This document shows positions 1 to 13,575 of a stretch of DNA of 49,899 bases, piece after piece. Position numbers and translations under genes: made by a program. Each line of letters begins with the position of its first letter. The first letter of the stretch is position 1. Location: the NCBI RefSeq assembly GCF_001194135.2, contig NC_068982.1:135866591-135916489 (forward strand), in the 5' to 3' direction. The notes below the pieces were generated by a model. It was not told the origin of the DNA, ran no database searches, and was given only the letters and a program-made list of their open reading frames with translations. The DNA comes from Octopus bimaculoides (taxonomy: Eukaryota).

Positions 1-51
<51 letters not shown>

Positions 52-381
52 CATGAATACATTCATACATACACACATATATATGTGTGTGTGTATGTAT
101 GTGTGTATGTATCTAAATCTGTATTGTATACATGTATACATATGTATGTGTGTATGCGCGTGTGTGCGTGTTATGCTTGTTTTACCGTTTATCAAACATT
201 GTAAACAGACAAATCTACTTATGCTAAGTATTAGCACACCTTATTCTATATATACATACATACATACATACATATATATATATTGCGTGTGTATATATAT
301 ATATATGTATATATGTATCTATGGATATATATACATGTATATATGTATCTGTGGATATATATATATATATATATATATATA

Positions 382-784
382 NNNNNNNNNNNNNNNNNNN
401 NNNNNNNNNNNNNNNNNNNNNNNNNNNNNNNNNNNNNNNNNNNNNNNNNNNNNNNNNNNNNNNNNNNNNNNNNNNNNNNNNNNNNNNNNNNNNNNNNNNN
501 NNNNNNNNNNNNNNNNNNNNNNNNNNNNNNNNNNNNNNNNNNNNNNNNNNNNNNNNNNNNNNNNNNNNNNNNNNNNNNNNNNNNNNNNNNNNNNNNNNNN
601 NNNNNNNNNNNNNNNNNNNNNNNNNNNNNNNNNNNNNNNNNNNNNNNNNNNNNNNNNNNNNNNNNNNNNNNNNNNNNNNNNNNNNNNNNNNNNNNNNNNN
701 NNNNNNNNNNNNNNNNNNNNNNNNNNNNNNNNNNNNNNNNNNNNNNNNNNNNNNNNNNNNNNNNNNNNNNNNNNNNNNNNNNNN
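382..784. other. Assembly gap (N run). Other gaps: 25572-26013, 29670-29679, 30722-31035, 36920-37001, 40919-41436, 41779-42081, 47412-47778, 48688-49170
   Basis: Runs of n in the sequence; nearly all abut (TA)n, (CA)n, (GA)n or (CTG)n tracts. Confidence 0.99.
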
Positions 785-1135
785 CTTTAGTCGAGCAAAT
801 CGACCCGAGGACTTATTCTTTAGAAGCCTAGTACTTATTCTATCGGTCTCTTTTGCCGAACCGCTAAGTTACGGGGACATAAACACACCAGCATCGGTTG
901 TCAAGCGATGTTGGGGGGACAAAGACAGACACACAAACACATACACACATACATATATATATACATACATACGACGGGCTTCTTTCAGTTTCCGTCTACC
1001 AAATCCACTCACAAGGCTTTGGTCGGCTCGAGGCTATAGTTGAAGACACTTGCCCAAGATGCCACGCAGTGGGACTGAACCCGGGACCATGTGGTTGGTA
1101 AGCAAGCTACTTACCACACAGCCACTCCTACGCCT
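785..1135 (-). mobile_element. tRNA-derived SINE, family A (CORE-like); 3' end lost in the gap
   Basis: Minus strand reads AGGCGTAGGAGTGGCTGTGTGGTAAG (A-box-like), GGTTCAGTCCC (B-box-like), GGCATCTTGGGCAAGTGTCTT (similar to the start of the MIR/CORE domain), an internal (TA)/(TG) tract, then the 3' half shared with the other family A copies. Confidence 0.9.
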
Positions 1136-3408
1136 TGATAATTAGTTAATTATAACAATGTAGAAAATAGGATGTTATAACAAAACGTAAAATATCACCT
1201 AATGATGTTTATTTGTAAGTTTTGAGGAAACAAATGAACGAGTCATTGCTTCGATGCATTTGTTACTTCGTTCCCTTCATTGCGTCTCCCTCTTCTTATA
1301 ACTGTGTTTCATTCACTGCGTTATTGATTTGCGAAAATAGTTAGTATCGGCTTTTGAGTAGAGTTTAGCATGTTCCTGTACTATTCCATATTTTCATTAT
1401 GAATCTTAATGTTTAATTTTTCCTCTCCAGGTTTGATGGGTATCGTGATTTCAAAGCATATCTGCTATGCTTAACTAGTTAATAGGGAATGTAATAGTAA
1501 TAATAATAAACTATTTCTATAATAAACACGTTAATAATTCAATTATAATAAGTCTGTTAATGATATTAGACAAAAATGATATTCATTAGTGCGTATAATC
1601 AGAAAATATATAATTGTGATTTTCTGAAATTCTAATTAAATATTAATCACTACTGGCAAATAGACAGCCATATTCCATCTTTAATTTGTCAGTTCCGCGA
1701 TTATTACATATATGCACGGCAATTGGCAAATATTCCTTATATAACTTACAATCTAATATTCAATTATACAAACTTGCAAACAGTTACAAGTTATATATGT
1801 AAGACAAAAGAATAATCTATTAACTGGCGAGCGAGGAGCTTTCCGCCATAATATTTTATTGTATGCCATGTCGGAAGACCATCCAGAATATTAGCACTAG
1901 TTGTTTTACTACTTGGAAGCTGACAAGCGGGATATTAATCACGTACAATCGACTGAAAGTCACGTGAAACTATAGATACTAGCAATTCACAATCGATATT
2001 TTTATAGAATTCCTGAAGCAATGATATGACCAGTGCTAGATTATACGTTTACTCAGCAATTGTGGGCTTCATATTCAAAGGAAAACAGGTTTCACCGGTT
2101 ATTATCAAAGCTAAAAGTAAATAGAAGGGATCTTATTGTTAATAAGAGAGACACCCTTTTAAAGATGCTAGGTCTTTATTTGATGTTTGTATGAGATAAG
2201 AGTAATCAATTGAATTGATATTTTAGGGGAAAGTGTTAATAGTAAAATGATATATCTCTGATATGTAGAATAGAACTGACAGAGTATAGTATATTGTTAA
2301 AAAACTACATGAAAGAATTGTAGTTACGCTGAATGTCTCCTGCAGAATGATGATGAAAAGCATATATATATGCTAATAAAAGCTGGCATCTCAAATGAAA
2401 CAAAGACAAATGATAAGCAAAAAACAGTTGTTTATATCCGTGTAAGATTGATTTTTATCTAATGCATTTATAAGCGAGGGTTGTTAATACGTTACACCTG
2501 TTTTTCTTACCTCGATCAACATACTCATTTAGCAAGCCACATCAATAAAGAAAAATATAAATAACTAGATAAATTAAAATGAATGAAAAGTAGCAAGCTT
2601 GAAGTTTCTGATCCTAATATATACATCATGTGTTTTTCTATTTCATATGTGAAACTAAAACATGGTTTATTGGCAACGAAAACATTAGTGAAAATCAATT
2701 GAACACAAAAAATTCGAGAAGTTACAATTTATGAATTTTCTCAATTAAATTCTTTCTATTATTTAGTGATACAATGGATTATTTATATGCTTTTAATACC
2801 TATAATGATAATCATGGGAAGGTTCTTTGAATCGTACAGGATAAGCTTGAGTTTATCTGAAATTTTAATAACTTTTAGCTTTGAGAACAGGCGCCCCACC
2901 GTTACGAGGTTATCTTCAGACACCACAGATGGAGTGCAGCAACGGGAAATGCCACTCCGTTCTAATTACCGTAAGACCAACATCGAATTTTAATGAAAGG
3001 TGTGAAGATATCCATTTTTTACCCTTTAGTTTAGGTAAGAATGAAAGCGCACCTGATTTGTCATGCATTCAGGTCTTCCAAACGTGTTAAAAAAAGAGGA
3101 GGGCGTTATCCCCTAAATCGGGGCTTGCAACAGTGTAAACAAGCTCAAATGCTTGGAAGAGAGTAACTTACTCCAAAGACGTACAAGACATCGAATAGTG
3201 GTGTGACATCGGGCGTCATATGAAGCTTATCAATCAATAGAACAGCATTTTGTCTTCTGTTCTGGCAAATCCTCCAATCGAGTGTAGAAGATAGTTATTT
3301 TATTTTGTGAAGTCAGAAAGAATGAAAGTAAGGTTGGGGGCAGTGGGATCGTGAAATCATAGTGCAGAGGAAAGACAATCACTGCAATGCTTTTTGTTAT
3401 ACACTATA

Positions 3409-3715
3409 GTGGCACTACGACGAAGATTCCAGTTGAACCGATCAACGAAACAACCTGCTCATGAAGTTAACCTGCATATGGCAGAGCACTCCACAGACAC
3501 CTGTACCCATAATGTAGTTCTCAGGGAGATTCAGCGTGACACAGAGTGTGAAAACGCTGGCCTTGTGAAATGCAGGTACAGTACAGTTTTGCCATATGAA
3601 TGGACTGGAGCAATTTGAAATAAAGTGTCCTGTTTAAGAACACAACGTGTCAACGGGAATTGAACTCACGACCGAGCGATCGTGTGCCAAATGCCCTAAC
3701 CACCAGGCCACCCGC
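3409..3715 (-). mobile_element. tRNA-derived SINE, family C1
   Basis: Minus strand has TGGCCTGGTGG (A box) and GAGTTCAATTCCC (B box). Its body resembles family D, and its ~170-bp 3' tail (3409-3580) is homologous to 20400-20582. Confidence 0.8.
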
Positions 3716-4497
3716 TTTTTACATGCACTATAACATCATCGACAATTTGTCTCTGTAAATATTATTTTCTTAAACAGATCCACGTATAACGCTTAGAGAT
3801 ATCGCTTTGTAATGTATTCAGTGAAAAGTTGTTAGACAAGCAGAGTTGTTTCTGATTAAGATTAATCAAAGTAAAATAAAAGTACGACATTTATAATAAT
3901 AAAAACAATACACATGTGAGTCACGCGTTTGCTTTGAAGTCGTAGCCAATACAAAGACTTCTTGAGTGCGTAAAGGAGATTGTTACAATAGTGTGGTTAT
4001 TATACATTTCTGTCGCTATAAGAAAACTCTAGCGGATCTCACAAAAAAATCTTTAGAAATGGTACCATTTATTAAAACTAACTATTATTCCTTGTTAATA
4101 GTATGACAATTATTCAGTTCTAATGCTCCAAAGTCAAATATATGAATTCAGATTTGATCGCTTTTCCTTCATCAGAGATGACGAATTCTTGTCCAAGCAA
4201 GGGCCTCACTGAACGTGCGCGCCATTCAAAAGACTCTCAAAAGATCGAAATGCTACTGGTGTTTTCGCTGGCCGCTACTGGAAGGACTTTTGTGTCTCTC
4301 TGATATTCTGTATTTAACTCAGGAGGTCAATAAGGGATATTATCTCAGGACAAATATCGCTTTAATTAATCTATCGACAGTATGAATAGGCTTAACGCAT
4401 GTACGCATGTACGTATGTACATACGTATGTAGCTATATTAATTAAATATTGACAAAATTGCGTATAGTGGTTATATATCTGTGCGTATATACATAAA

Positions 4498-4540
<43 letters not shown>

Positions 4541-4542
<2 letters not shown>

Positions 4543-4928
4543 GCGTGGCTATGTGGTAAAAAGTTTGCTTCTCAAGCACATGGTTCAGGATTCATTTCTA
4601 CTGCGTGGCAACTTGGACAAGTGTCTTCTACTATAGCTTCGGGCCTATCAAAGCCTTGTAAGTGGATTTGGTAAACGGTAACTGAAAGAAGCCCGTCGTA
4701 TATTTCTATATATGTATGTAGTTGCGTGTCTGTGTTTGTCCCCCACCATCGCTTAACAACCGATGTTGGTGTGTTTACATCTCCATATCTTAACGGTTCG
4801 GCAAAAGATGCCGATGGAATAAGTACTAGGCTTACAAAGAATAAATCCTCGGTTCGATTTGGTCTACTAAAAGCAGTGCTCCAGAATAGCCGCAGTCAAA
4901 TGATTGAAACAAGTACAAGAATAAAAGA

Positions 4929-4930
<2 letters not shown>
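4541..4930 (+). mobile_element. SINE family A, near full length, diverged
   Basis: TGGCTATGTGG head, GGCAACTTGGACAAGTGTCTT core, internal TA/TG tract after GAAGCCCGTCG, and a 3' end GCAGTCAAATGATTGAAACAAGTACAAGAATAAAAGAATA. Flanked by (AT)n and (AC)n. Confidence 0.9.
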
Positions 4931-4972
<42 letters not shown>

Positions 4973-6451
4973 CCGCGCAATCCCTTACACTTGTATAACG
5001 TATCTCCTTAAATTTGTGCAGTCATTGTCTGTAAATTCCTCTGAAGCGACGCCACAGCTCTTTCATCTTAACAATGATAAGATATTCATAAGTTACTGAA
5101 TCCATAATGTGTTGTGTTTATTTCTTTGCTTTAATCAGTAAGTTCACTTTCAGACAATTTCTGTCTTTCTACGTTTCTCTCTTTAGCAACTGTACTTATC
5201 GGATGGAAGAACAAATTAGAAACTAAGCTATAATGTGGTTTCATTGCTAATGCATTGACGACCTAACGTATTGGCAGTGTGGTAATACTTGTGTGAAGTG
5301 CGTGAAACACCTTTAGACGCATACACACATACACACACTTGCGCTCGCACACACACACACAGACGTACACACACACTCGCAGCATAATTAAATTGATTCT
5401 GATTTGGAATTTTAGCCTGCAGTGGAGTTGTTTTTTATGATATTTATTTTTTTATGGTGGTGCCCCATCATGGCCACAGCCTGTAGATGAAGCGAATAGC
5501 TGAATGAAAGAACACTTACAAAATGCATTCTTCAAATATTTGTCTGTTTCTGCGTGTTTATGCGAATGTGTATTGGATGTTTGACATTTAAACATAAACT
5601 TGCTTGAAAAGAGTTAGTATTCTTGCCTGAGGGAAACATTGTGAATATTGGTGGGAATATTAATAGTATCACGTCAAAACTAGTGGCTTACCCATTTCAA
5701 ATTAGCTTAAATACTTTCCGAATAAGTTAGAATTCAATATAAGCTTAGACTTCCAGCAGTGGCGCAACAGTTAATATCAGTGTGATTTGTAGAGCACAAT
5801 AGCAATTTTTAACGTTTTAATCCCAAAGCAGTTTGTACGTTGGTTGTGTGTCACCAAATTAATTTTTAATAATATTTTGAGAACGGTGAAAATGCAGTAA
5901 AATATATTAAACTAGTTCGTTGTACATGCATATCCAGTTAAATGGAATTGACCTCACACAATTTTATTGATTATAAAATGGTATATGTATACACACTATT
6001 ATATACAGGTTTATATTCAATGTCATAAAATCATATTAGCCTAATATGATCTCACGACAATGTAATTGATCAAATCACTTGTGTATAAAGATGAAGAGAC
6101 AGAAACTAGTTTCTTTCATATACTTTGTAAATTCGAACCTTCATAATGATGAAGAATTATAGATCATTGCTTATAAATGTATATTAAGCTGTTAACAGAT
6201 TAGTCTTGCGTTTAATTCGCTAGCATAACAGATGAATTATGAAGCAGAAATGATCCACTTGTATCAGTCACTAGAAGACCCCCCCCCACCCTTTTCATCG
6301 CAATGACAATTTTGCTCTAATAAATGGTAAATATTTTTGCGTAGAAATATTTAGACCGACCACACATATATTTAATCACATTATAGAATTTTAATCTCAA
6401 ATCTTACTTCTTCGTATTATGAAACAAATCTCATATATACATACTAATGTA

Positions 6452-6580
6452 CAGGGTGTCCACAAGGTCTGGGTACATGGAGTAAATAAAATCATAACAT
6501 AAACAATTAAATAAAAGAAATAATAATTTCTTAAAGTATGTGTTAATACCCCCATGTACCCAGACTTTGTGGACACCCTG
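6452..6580. mobile_element. Tc1/mariner-type MITE, 129 bp
   Basis: 29-bp terminal inverted repeats (6452-6480 and 6552-6580, 28/29 match, CAGGGTGTCCACAA...) with TA on both sides (6450-6451, 6581-6582) and an AT-rich non-coding interior. Confidence 0.9.
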
Positions 6581-7121
6581 TAGAAATATATTTCTACTTC
6601 TCCCAGTAACCATTAAATCTTTACGCACGCAACTCAGATGTAGTCTACGATAACTTCCTTGTCTCTTACATGGATACAGGCAAAAGCATCATACATTTCA
6701 TCTAAAACAAGACCATTAGATTCATTCACAAAACTCTACTCAACATACACTCTAACAACAGGTCAAAATACTTACTGCCTTCTTTCTCTACTGATTTTAT
6801 TGCTACTACAGTGGTTTCTAGTCTTTAGCGCCAACTGGTTTCAACCACCTTGATTCAGTCCTGATTCGCATTTCTCTCTCGCTCTCGTCACCCACGGTAT
6901 TTCCGTCACCTCTCAGTCATTGTTCTAATCACTCTACTTAAATTTTGCTCCCACAGAACATCGATGCCCTGGATCTCCACTCCACCATCTCTCGTGCATG
7001 GCTTACCTGTTGACGTGGATTAGCAAATGTTTGAGAACATGAACTATGTCAACCTTACCAACTTTTTAAAACCCTGATGTAGCCTCATCCTCCACGTTAA
7101 TCTAAACGCACACACAGACAT

Positions 7122-7183
<62 letters not shown>

Positions 7184-7210
7184 ACACTCACTCACACACA
7201 CATACATATA

Positions 7211-7431
7211 GGTTTCAAATTTTGGCACTAGGTCAGTAAGTTCGAAGAAGGGTCTAAATCGATTACATTAACTTCTGTGCCCAACTGGTACTTATTTTAT
7301 CGAGCGCGAAATGGTGAAAGTCAAAGCCGAACCCAGCGACATTTGAATTCAGTTGACTTCAGAACGCGAAGGCGGATGAAATGTCCCTAACCATCTTGTC
7401 CGGTGTGCTAACGATTTTCTGAGGTTGCAGC
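7211..7431 (-). mobile_element. SINE family B (Nin/Deu-domain-like), diverged
   Basis: The reverse complement aligns along its length to the + strand copies at 27410 and 32622 (GTTAGCACACCGGAC head, CGATAAAATAAGTACCAGTTG core, GTGCCAAAATTTGAAACC tail). Confidence 0.8.
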
Positions 7432-8313
7432 ATTAGACATATACACATATATATTAGAAAATAAAGATGATATGCATTAACGTTGATTACTGCCTCGTTG
7501 TTGTTGCTTATTCATCGCTGATATTTCGAAATATGATGAACACACCCAAAAGTTAGGAGCCAAATATAATGTGTTATTCAAGTGTCGCTCATAATTGTTC
7601 AATACTCAGAAGAAAAACAAAACCCCGCAAGGTTACTGATGCCGTAATGCATTGAGCCACACCTCTTAACTAAACAGAGCCCTATAGGGATGAAAACAGA
7701 AAGAAAACTTAGGTTCATTGTACCAAAAGAAACAACCGGCGCAATATAAATCTTGCTAATTTGTTGAAACCTTCAATAACTAATAATTGCTTTTTATTTG
7801 CCATACGGATGACTTTAATACATAGTAATGATATACAACAGACACGTACTACTAATATTTTCGACCTTTCAATTCGGGGTGGAAATTCTGATTAATCGCC
7901 TTGGTCACCTGCTTATGCTGCTACATAAGTGTTATAGAATCCAATTTAATTACCGAAAAAATGATATACTAATCGAAATAAAAGATCCTCTCATAAATTT
8001 TCAAACACGCCAGCAAAATAATTTTAAGGATTATAGGTATCTTAAGTTTTAAACGTTATGACATAAGGAGTCAAAATTAGTAAGAATAATATTTTGTTTA
8101 AACATATCTCGCATACTTCTTTGTGTTTCGTAAATTATATTCACTGGAAAATATCTGTAAAACTTAAAAAAAAAAAAACGCTAGTATTTAAAACTTTATT
8201 GATAAATAAACAATATGATAAGCTATACAATAGTTATATTTCAGATATACACTAGATTATAAAAGAAAATGAAATGTTGATATAAACATGCAATATATTT
8301 CCAATTATGATAT

Positions 8314-8404
8314 CAAAATCCCACTGGTTTCTACTAGCATTTCATCTTTCCGGAGTCAATAATTAACAACTAATTACATAGCGTAGTCTATTCAATTAAC
8401 TAAT
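8314..8404 (+). repeat. 91-bp decayed family-B-like fragment, ~90% identical to 14680-14770
   Basis: 9 mismatches in 91 bp by hand alignment, including a 48-bp identical block. TTTCATCTTTCCGGAGTCAATAA resembles the family B core. Confidence 0.8.
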
Positions 8405-10999
8405 ATATGTAAATATAATTGATAATTCACGAAGCTAGTTAAATATTTTATAACATGATATACTTGATTTATAATGAAGCTGAGTATGGTCAACTATATT
8501 GCATAATAAGTATTATAATTATAAACAATACATTACATATAACAGCTAAATATACAATAATATTGGTGTATTTTTATGAGAAGTGGAAATTGAAGTTTTT
8601 TGATTTTATATATAATCTGGATATCTTATTGCAGGAACTTAATTCAACCTCCGCAAATCCCACAATTCCAAATTGGTAATATTGGATCGTTGTGGTTCAA
8701 TGCATTACATTATCGATAACCTATCTCAGTTCTATCAGTTTTCTCTCTCATAAGTGCAGTAAAATATCGACCAACAATCAGGTTTATTATTTCTTCAGGA
8801 ACTGAACATCTACGTTGGCGATAATTATAAGAAAGTGATAGCGTGAAGTTAAATACAGATAAGAATAATTTCTCTTGATTTTCTTTAGATTCGCACTCTC
8901 GATTCATGGAAGAAATAAAATGTACATCTTGCTGATAACAGACTTCACTTCATAACAGTGGCATCAAACTTTAAAAATATTTCCCAACAGATATTTTTGT
9001 TTTTGTATTATCGAACGAGTGAAAAATATTCTTGCCGATTAAATTCCTGCTGGTACCATTTTGATATTATAATTGTTTCTCATATAAGATCATGATATCA
9101 TACATATTGAAAACTGCAAGTGAATCTTTCTATATAGAAAAGTGTTTCTAATTAATGCTTCAATGTAAAGAATTCTCGTCAAGTGAAAAAAAAAAAACAG
9201 AATAATTCATATATGACAGAAGTAAGCTAAGCGTACGCAGAGACCATCAAACAATTGTTATCTGTTGAGAATTGCTGTCTCTGTTGAGACTATCTCATTA
9301 CATTTACACTCCTAATTTCCTTGATAGAGCTTTGAGATTAAACCTCCCATTTCTCCATCTTTAAAATATAGGTCCACCGTGTGTATTTAAGCGGAAGTGA
9401 ATAAATTACTGAAGACATGTCGATTTCCCTTTGTTTAGCGATATCTCTCATGTTATCGTTATTGTTATAAAGAATGGAAAAGTTCCTGAGCAAGTCATAT
9501 ACACCCGTGAAATGAGAACGTGGGCAACTTCCGATGTGAGGTTGAAGTTAATTTAGCTTGTGCAAAATAAGCTGTTAATATATGTCAGAAACCTATGAAC
9601 ATCTCACTATTCAATTCCTCTCCTTTCTGTGGTTATGGACATGAACCTAGGAAAAGCTTCAATATTGATTAGATTACCTGATGTTCACTAATATCTTAGT
9701 TTGTGACGTAATGACATATATTTCTACATTAATAGAACTGAAAGGAAAACTAAAAGCTAGATGTAAAGTAAAAACAAGTGAATATGCACACAATTAGATG
9801 AGGTATGTCAGGAAACACTTAGTTTTCTTTATTCACAAACTGATCGTTATCTAATCAATAAGACACACAGAAGCAGAAAATAAATGAGAAAGTGGTAGCT
9901 CAGGAGATTAAAAACAAAACAGAAGCAATATGGCGTGGGTGTATTAAAAAAATGCCTTTTTGTGGTGGCGGTGTAGTGATATTTCCATTGTTTAGCTTTT
10001 CATACGCCTATGTAATACATAATGCAATATAGGACTTCCCCCGTTATACATTAATGAATGAACAGATCGATCTATCTATCGTTACGTTTGCACATAGGTA
10101 TTGATTACTTCTCTTTGATGTATGCATCCCGTCGATTTTTTCTTTATCTCTTTCAAAGGTACAAATGTCTCAGTGTTGAACTGTGCGTTGGATCGAAAAG
10201 TAGAGCATAACGGTTATCCACCATTCACAGTTTCTTTCTTACTACTAACTTAATGTGCAAATATATCGGATAATGAAATTACTGGCTCATGAAATATAGA
10301 GAAAGAGAGCGAGAGAGATAATTATTCATTACACATGTATATATTTATCGACCAAGTATATTTCTCATTAGATTTAGAACACTATTTTCATGATATATTT
10401 ATATATTTTAAAAGTATCATTACAGAGGTTAATATGCCAATAGATATCATGCATACAATCACCTGATTCGTATTTCGTTACAACAGTCTCCTTAGTCCTA
10501 CAAAGGTAAATATTGGTGACCGATGTTTTTTAAAATTCGCCAATACATGGATTAACATTGTCTCGGTGGATTAGTAGATTTACTAAAGTTTTAGACGAGA
10601 TATCACGTGGTATATGCGTCGGCCCTTGACGTTCTTGAGTGATAGACTTACTCCGTCATTAGTTTAACAACGCACTTCGCCAAGCCCTTGGATGATTTAA
10701 AGAATTTCGGCCCAGGTTTCTGGTTTGAGTATACCTTCCTTCTATTCATCTTTTCAGTGGCCCTTTAAATGACGTTAATTCTGTTACCATTTCCCGAAAT
10801 ACATGATGAAAATTAAAATGTAATTTAACTAGATTCGATAGTCATAAATCTGTTCACGTTAAAAACATTTTCCATTGTGTGATCCGGTAGATCGAGTAAT
10901 TACAAGTTGTCCAACAAAACCTTTACACGTTTGAAAAGCTGTGTTCACTAGTGAAAGCTGACTGAAACACAGAATGTAACAATAGTGCGGAACATCCAT

Positions 11000-11095
11000 T
11001 GAAAATAATATCAGATGGGTATTAGTCTCATGCAATCAAGTTACCTTCTTTCCTAAACCTTCAGGTCTTATGCCGATGTTTGAAACATTATTATT
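11000..11095 (+). mobile_element. SINE family B 3' fragment, strongly decayed
   Basis: AATCAAGTTACCTTCTTTCC...GGTCTTATGCCGATGTTTGAAACATTATTATT resembles the family B tail and its (ATT)n end. Confidence 0.55.
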
Positions 11096-11353
11096 AATTT
11101 TATCAATTTCAATACTCGATCTTATTCCTTGTAGGATTTACGTGGGTAGCGGGTTACTACCTTATGTGTCCACAAGTTTTCAGCTGTCTTTAAAGTGCTC
11201 GAAACCCTCTTGATAATCCTTGCTGTCACTAAGAGACAAACTTTCTGAAGGAGCTCTACCGGGCATTCTATTCTAATCTCCTTCAGTTTATATCTTTCCT
11301 TACTGTTTCCAACACACCGATTATTTGATGTACGACCTTTACTATTCTCATGC

Positions 11354-11354
<1 letters not shown>
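11096..11354 (-). mobile_element. R4/Dong-type non-LTR retrotransposon 3' fragment (a)
   Basis: Minus-strand translation KLKEIRIECPVELLQKVCLLVTARIIKRV matches the C-terminal LQK..LL.TA.I.RKV motif of RLE-bearing elements. A 3' UTR and TAA tail follow. Confidence 0.75.
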
Positions 11355-11426
<72 letters not shown>

Positions 11427-11436
11427 CATCATTATT
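11355..11436. repeat. (ATT)n/(TAA)n microsatellite between two R4/Dong fragments; a second tract lies at 12101-12164
   Basis: Read directly from the sequence. Confidence 0.98.
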
Positions 11437-12100
11437 CAGTTGTCTTATTTTTATCACGTGCTTTCACTGCACTACCAAGCACTGCTCTGTGTACCTTGGG
11501 TATATGCTGTGGTGTGTTGTGATGCTCTTGTTTTTACAGTATTGAAAGTGTTTTACGTAGGATGTCTGGGGTGCCTATTAGTACTGTTTTCTCAATGTTA
11601 TATACTTGTAAGTCCTGGTATTTTTGTTATGTATTTGTCTGATAGGAATTGTTTCTGTTTTTAGACTCTACATTCGAGTTACCTTTATTTCCATGTCTTC
11701 GCATTTTGAAGAAAATTCCCGTTTCTTTTAGAGAAACAGTTTCATCTGTTGGTATTGATCCAGTGATTAGAAAGCATTTTTTTCCTTCATGGTCTTTGAC
11801 AACTATATCCGGCTTGTTGGCCTTAATTTCTCTGTGTGTATTGGCATATCCCACAGTATGGTTGCCATCTTATTTTCTTTGACCTTTTCTGACGTGTGCC
11901 TCTACCATTTTTTTGGTGTTATTATTCCAGTGTTAGCATAGCTTCCAGTGTATATAGGTCCCAAATCTGTCGTGTCTTTGAATATATTCCTTCTTTGCCA
12001 GGATTGGGCAGCCAGAAACAATATGTTGTGCTGCAAATAAGATTCCTTCAGTCTCTGCTTTGAGTCCTGAGCTTCTCGGCCATTGTTGAGACTTTGCTTT
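11437..12100 (-). mobile_element. R4/Dong-type retrotransposon fragment (b): end of zinc knuckle, RLE endonuclease and 3' UTR; 5'-truncated and internally deleted
   Basis: Minus-strand peptides across stops and frameshifts: SSGLKAETEGILFAAQ / HIVSGCPILAKKEYIQRHDRFGTYIHWKLC / REIKANKPDIVVKDHEGKKCFLI / DKYITKIPGLTSI. These carry the RHD and PD motifs typical of R4-clade ORFs. (TAA)n on both sides. Confidence 0.9.
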
Positions 12101-12123
12101 TATTATTATTATTGTTGTTGTTG

Positions 12124-12164
<41 letters not shown>

Positions 12165-12325
12165 GGCAGTGAGCTGGCAGACTCGTTAGCACGCCGAGGT
12201 CGATTTTGCCTTTCCTCCTTTTGGGGTCGATAAAATAAGTACTAGTTGAGCACTGGGGCCGATGTAATCAACTTACCTCTTCCTCTGAAATTGCTGCCCT
12301 GTGCTAAAATTTGAAACGATCATTA
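12165..12325 (+). mobile_element. SINE family B with an internal ~57-bp deletion
   Basis: GGCAGTGAGCTGGCAGACTCGTTAGCACGCCG joins directly to AGGTCGATTTTGCCTTTC; the core TTTGGGGTCGATAAAATAAGTACTAG is present. Confidence 0.85.
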
Positions 12326-12351
12326 GAATTATTACTAGTGTTATTATTATT

Positions 12352-13575
12352 TAAACAGACTGAAATTATGCTGATTATTTCTGTTGAGAAAGTGAGTTAT
12401 AACTAAAACTCCGTTATATCACTTTCATTTCAAGAACCTTCCTCAGCATCCAAGTTACTCTTAAGAATGTCAATTGGAGATGTTCCATACGTATCTGAAT
12501 TCAAAATTTAGCTATTCTTGTATTTAAATTTACATGTTACTATCCCCAAGAGGGAAAGTAATATCTATATTGTATACATGACTGAAAACATTTCCATACT
12601 TAACGTTTGAGAAATGTTCATCTTCAACACTTGATGCCGCTCGTTTTCTTTTGATTTTCACATACTCTCTGATTCACTGCTGTTCAACATTGTGTCTTCT
12701 TTTTCACAATAGCAACATCAAATCGTAAATCGTTTCTCATCTGTAGTGTAACATATGGGATATTAAAAAAGCAAAGTTGCTTCACTTCATTTGAGTTTAC
12801 CACTGAGTCAAGCTGGTTTTTATAGGATTTCTCTGTTCCGATCAGTTATCTTCTTCTCGTATAACTCCAGAATACAATCCAAGCAATGCTGTCGTATTTT
12901 ATATTGTGTTCCTTTTATATATCTCCTGAGCTATTGAACTGGATTCACTTTCATTGTAGTTAGCCGTCCTTTCATTCGACAGACCTTAAGCACTGGTAAC
13001 GCTATGGTTTTGTGGACGTTATATTTCGCACAATTAGATTCTAGGGATTCTCTTGTACTGCATATACTAAGGCTTCGTTTTCAACATCAAGGTGTGATGC
13101 TAGCATCCATTCCAATGATGCATGCTTATCTAATCCAGCTAACGTGCCTCGTAACTATTGGCGATGCACAAGTTTATGGATCCACTTCTTAAGCTTCATC
13201 TACCATTTTTCCCATAATAATTATTTGCAATGCAATTTACAGCTTCTAGAATGTGCTTACTTGTATCTTTGAGGATTTAACTTTGCTTCTTTCAAGTCCA
13301 ATCAATGTTATTTTATTCAATTTTTATACAGCTTTTCTGGTTTATGAATTTTTTTTCCCTCTATGTAATACATATATGGTAAGATAAGTTTACGATGCAG
13401 TTCACCATTCAGCATCACTATCTTGGGTGTTTTGCACCTGTCCTAACCTCTTCGTTCCCCTTTTCCAAGAATCTCAGCTCCGTACCTTATCAACGAGAAA
13501 CTCAAGTGTTTATCGCTATATTTAATATTGTTGTTCTTGTTATTATCATTCGGGAGTCTAAATACTAAATTATCA
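12352..13575 (-). mobile_element. R4/Dong-type retrotransposon fragment (c): post-RT region through RLE, heavily decayed
   Basis: Minus-strand peptides appear in the expected order: AINT*VS / SLIRYGAEIL...MLNGELH / LDKHASLEWMLASHLDVENEALVYAVQE / SESSSIAQEIYKR / KYDSIAWIVFW / RFDVAIVKKK / TWMLRKVLEM. It ends at a TAA tract (12341-12351). Confidence 0.7.

Noticed and set aside
2930-2960. MECSNGKC resembling an LDL-receptor class A repeat
   Set aside because: The downstream CD...DC.D.SDE pattern is absent.
1431-8830. Further acceptor-like sites (1430, 4174, 8635, 8798 on +; about 7682 on -)
   Set aside because: Weak or missing donors or early stops; expected by chance in AT-rich DNA.
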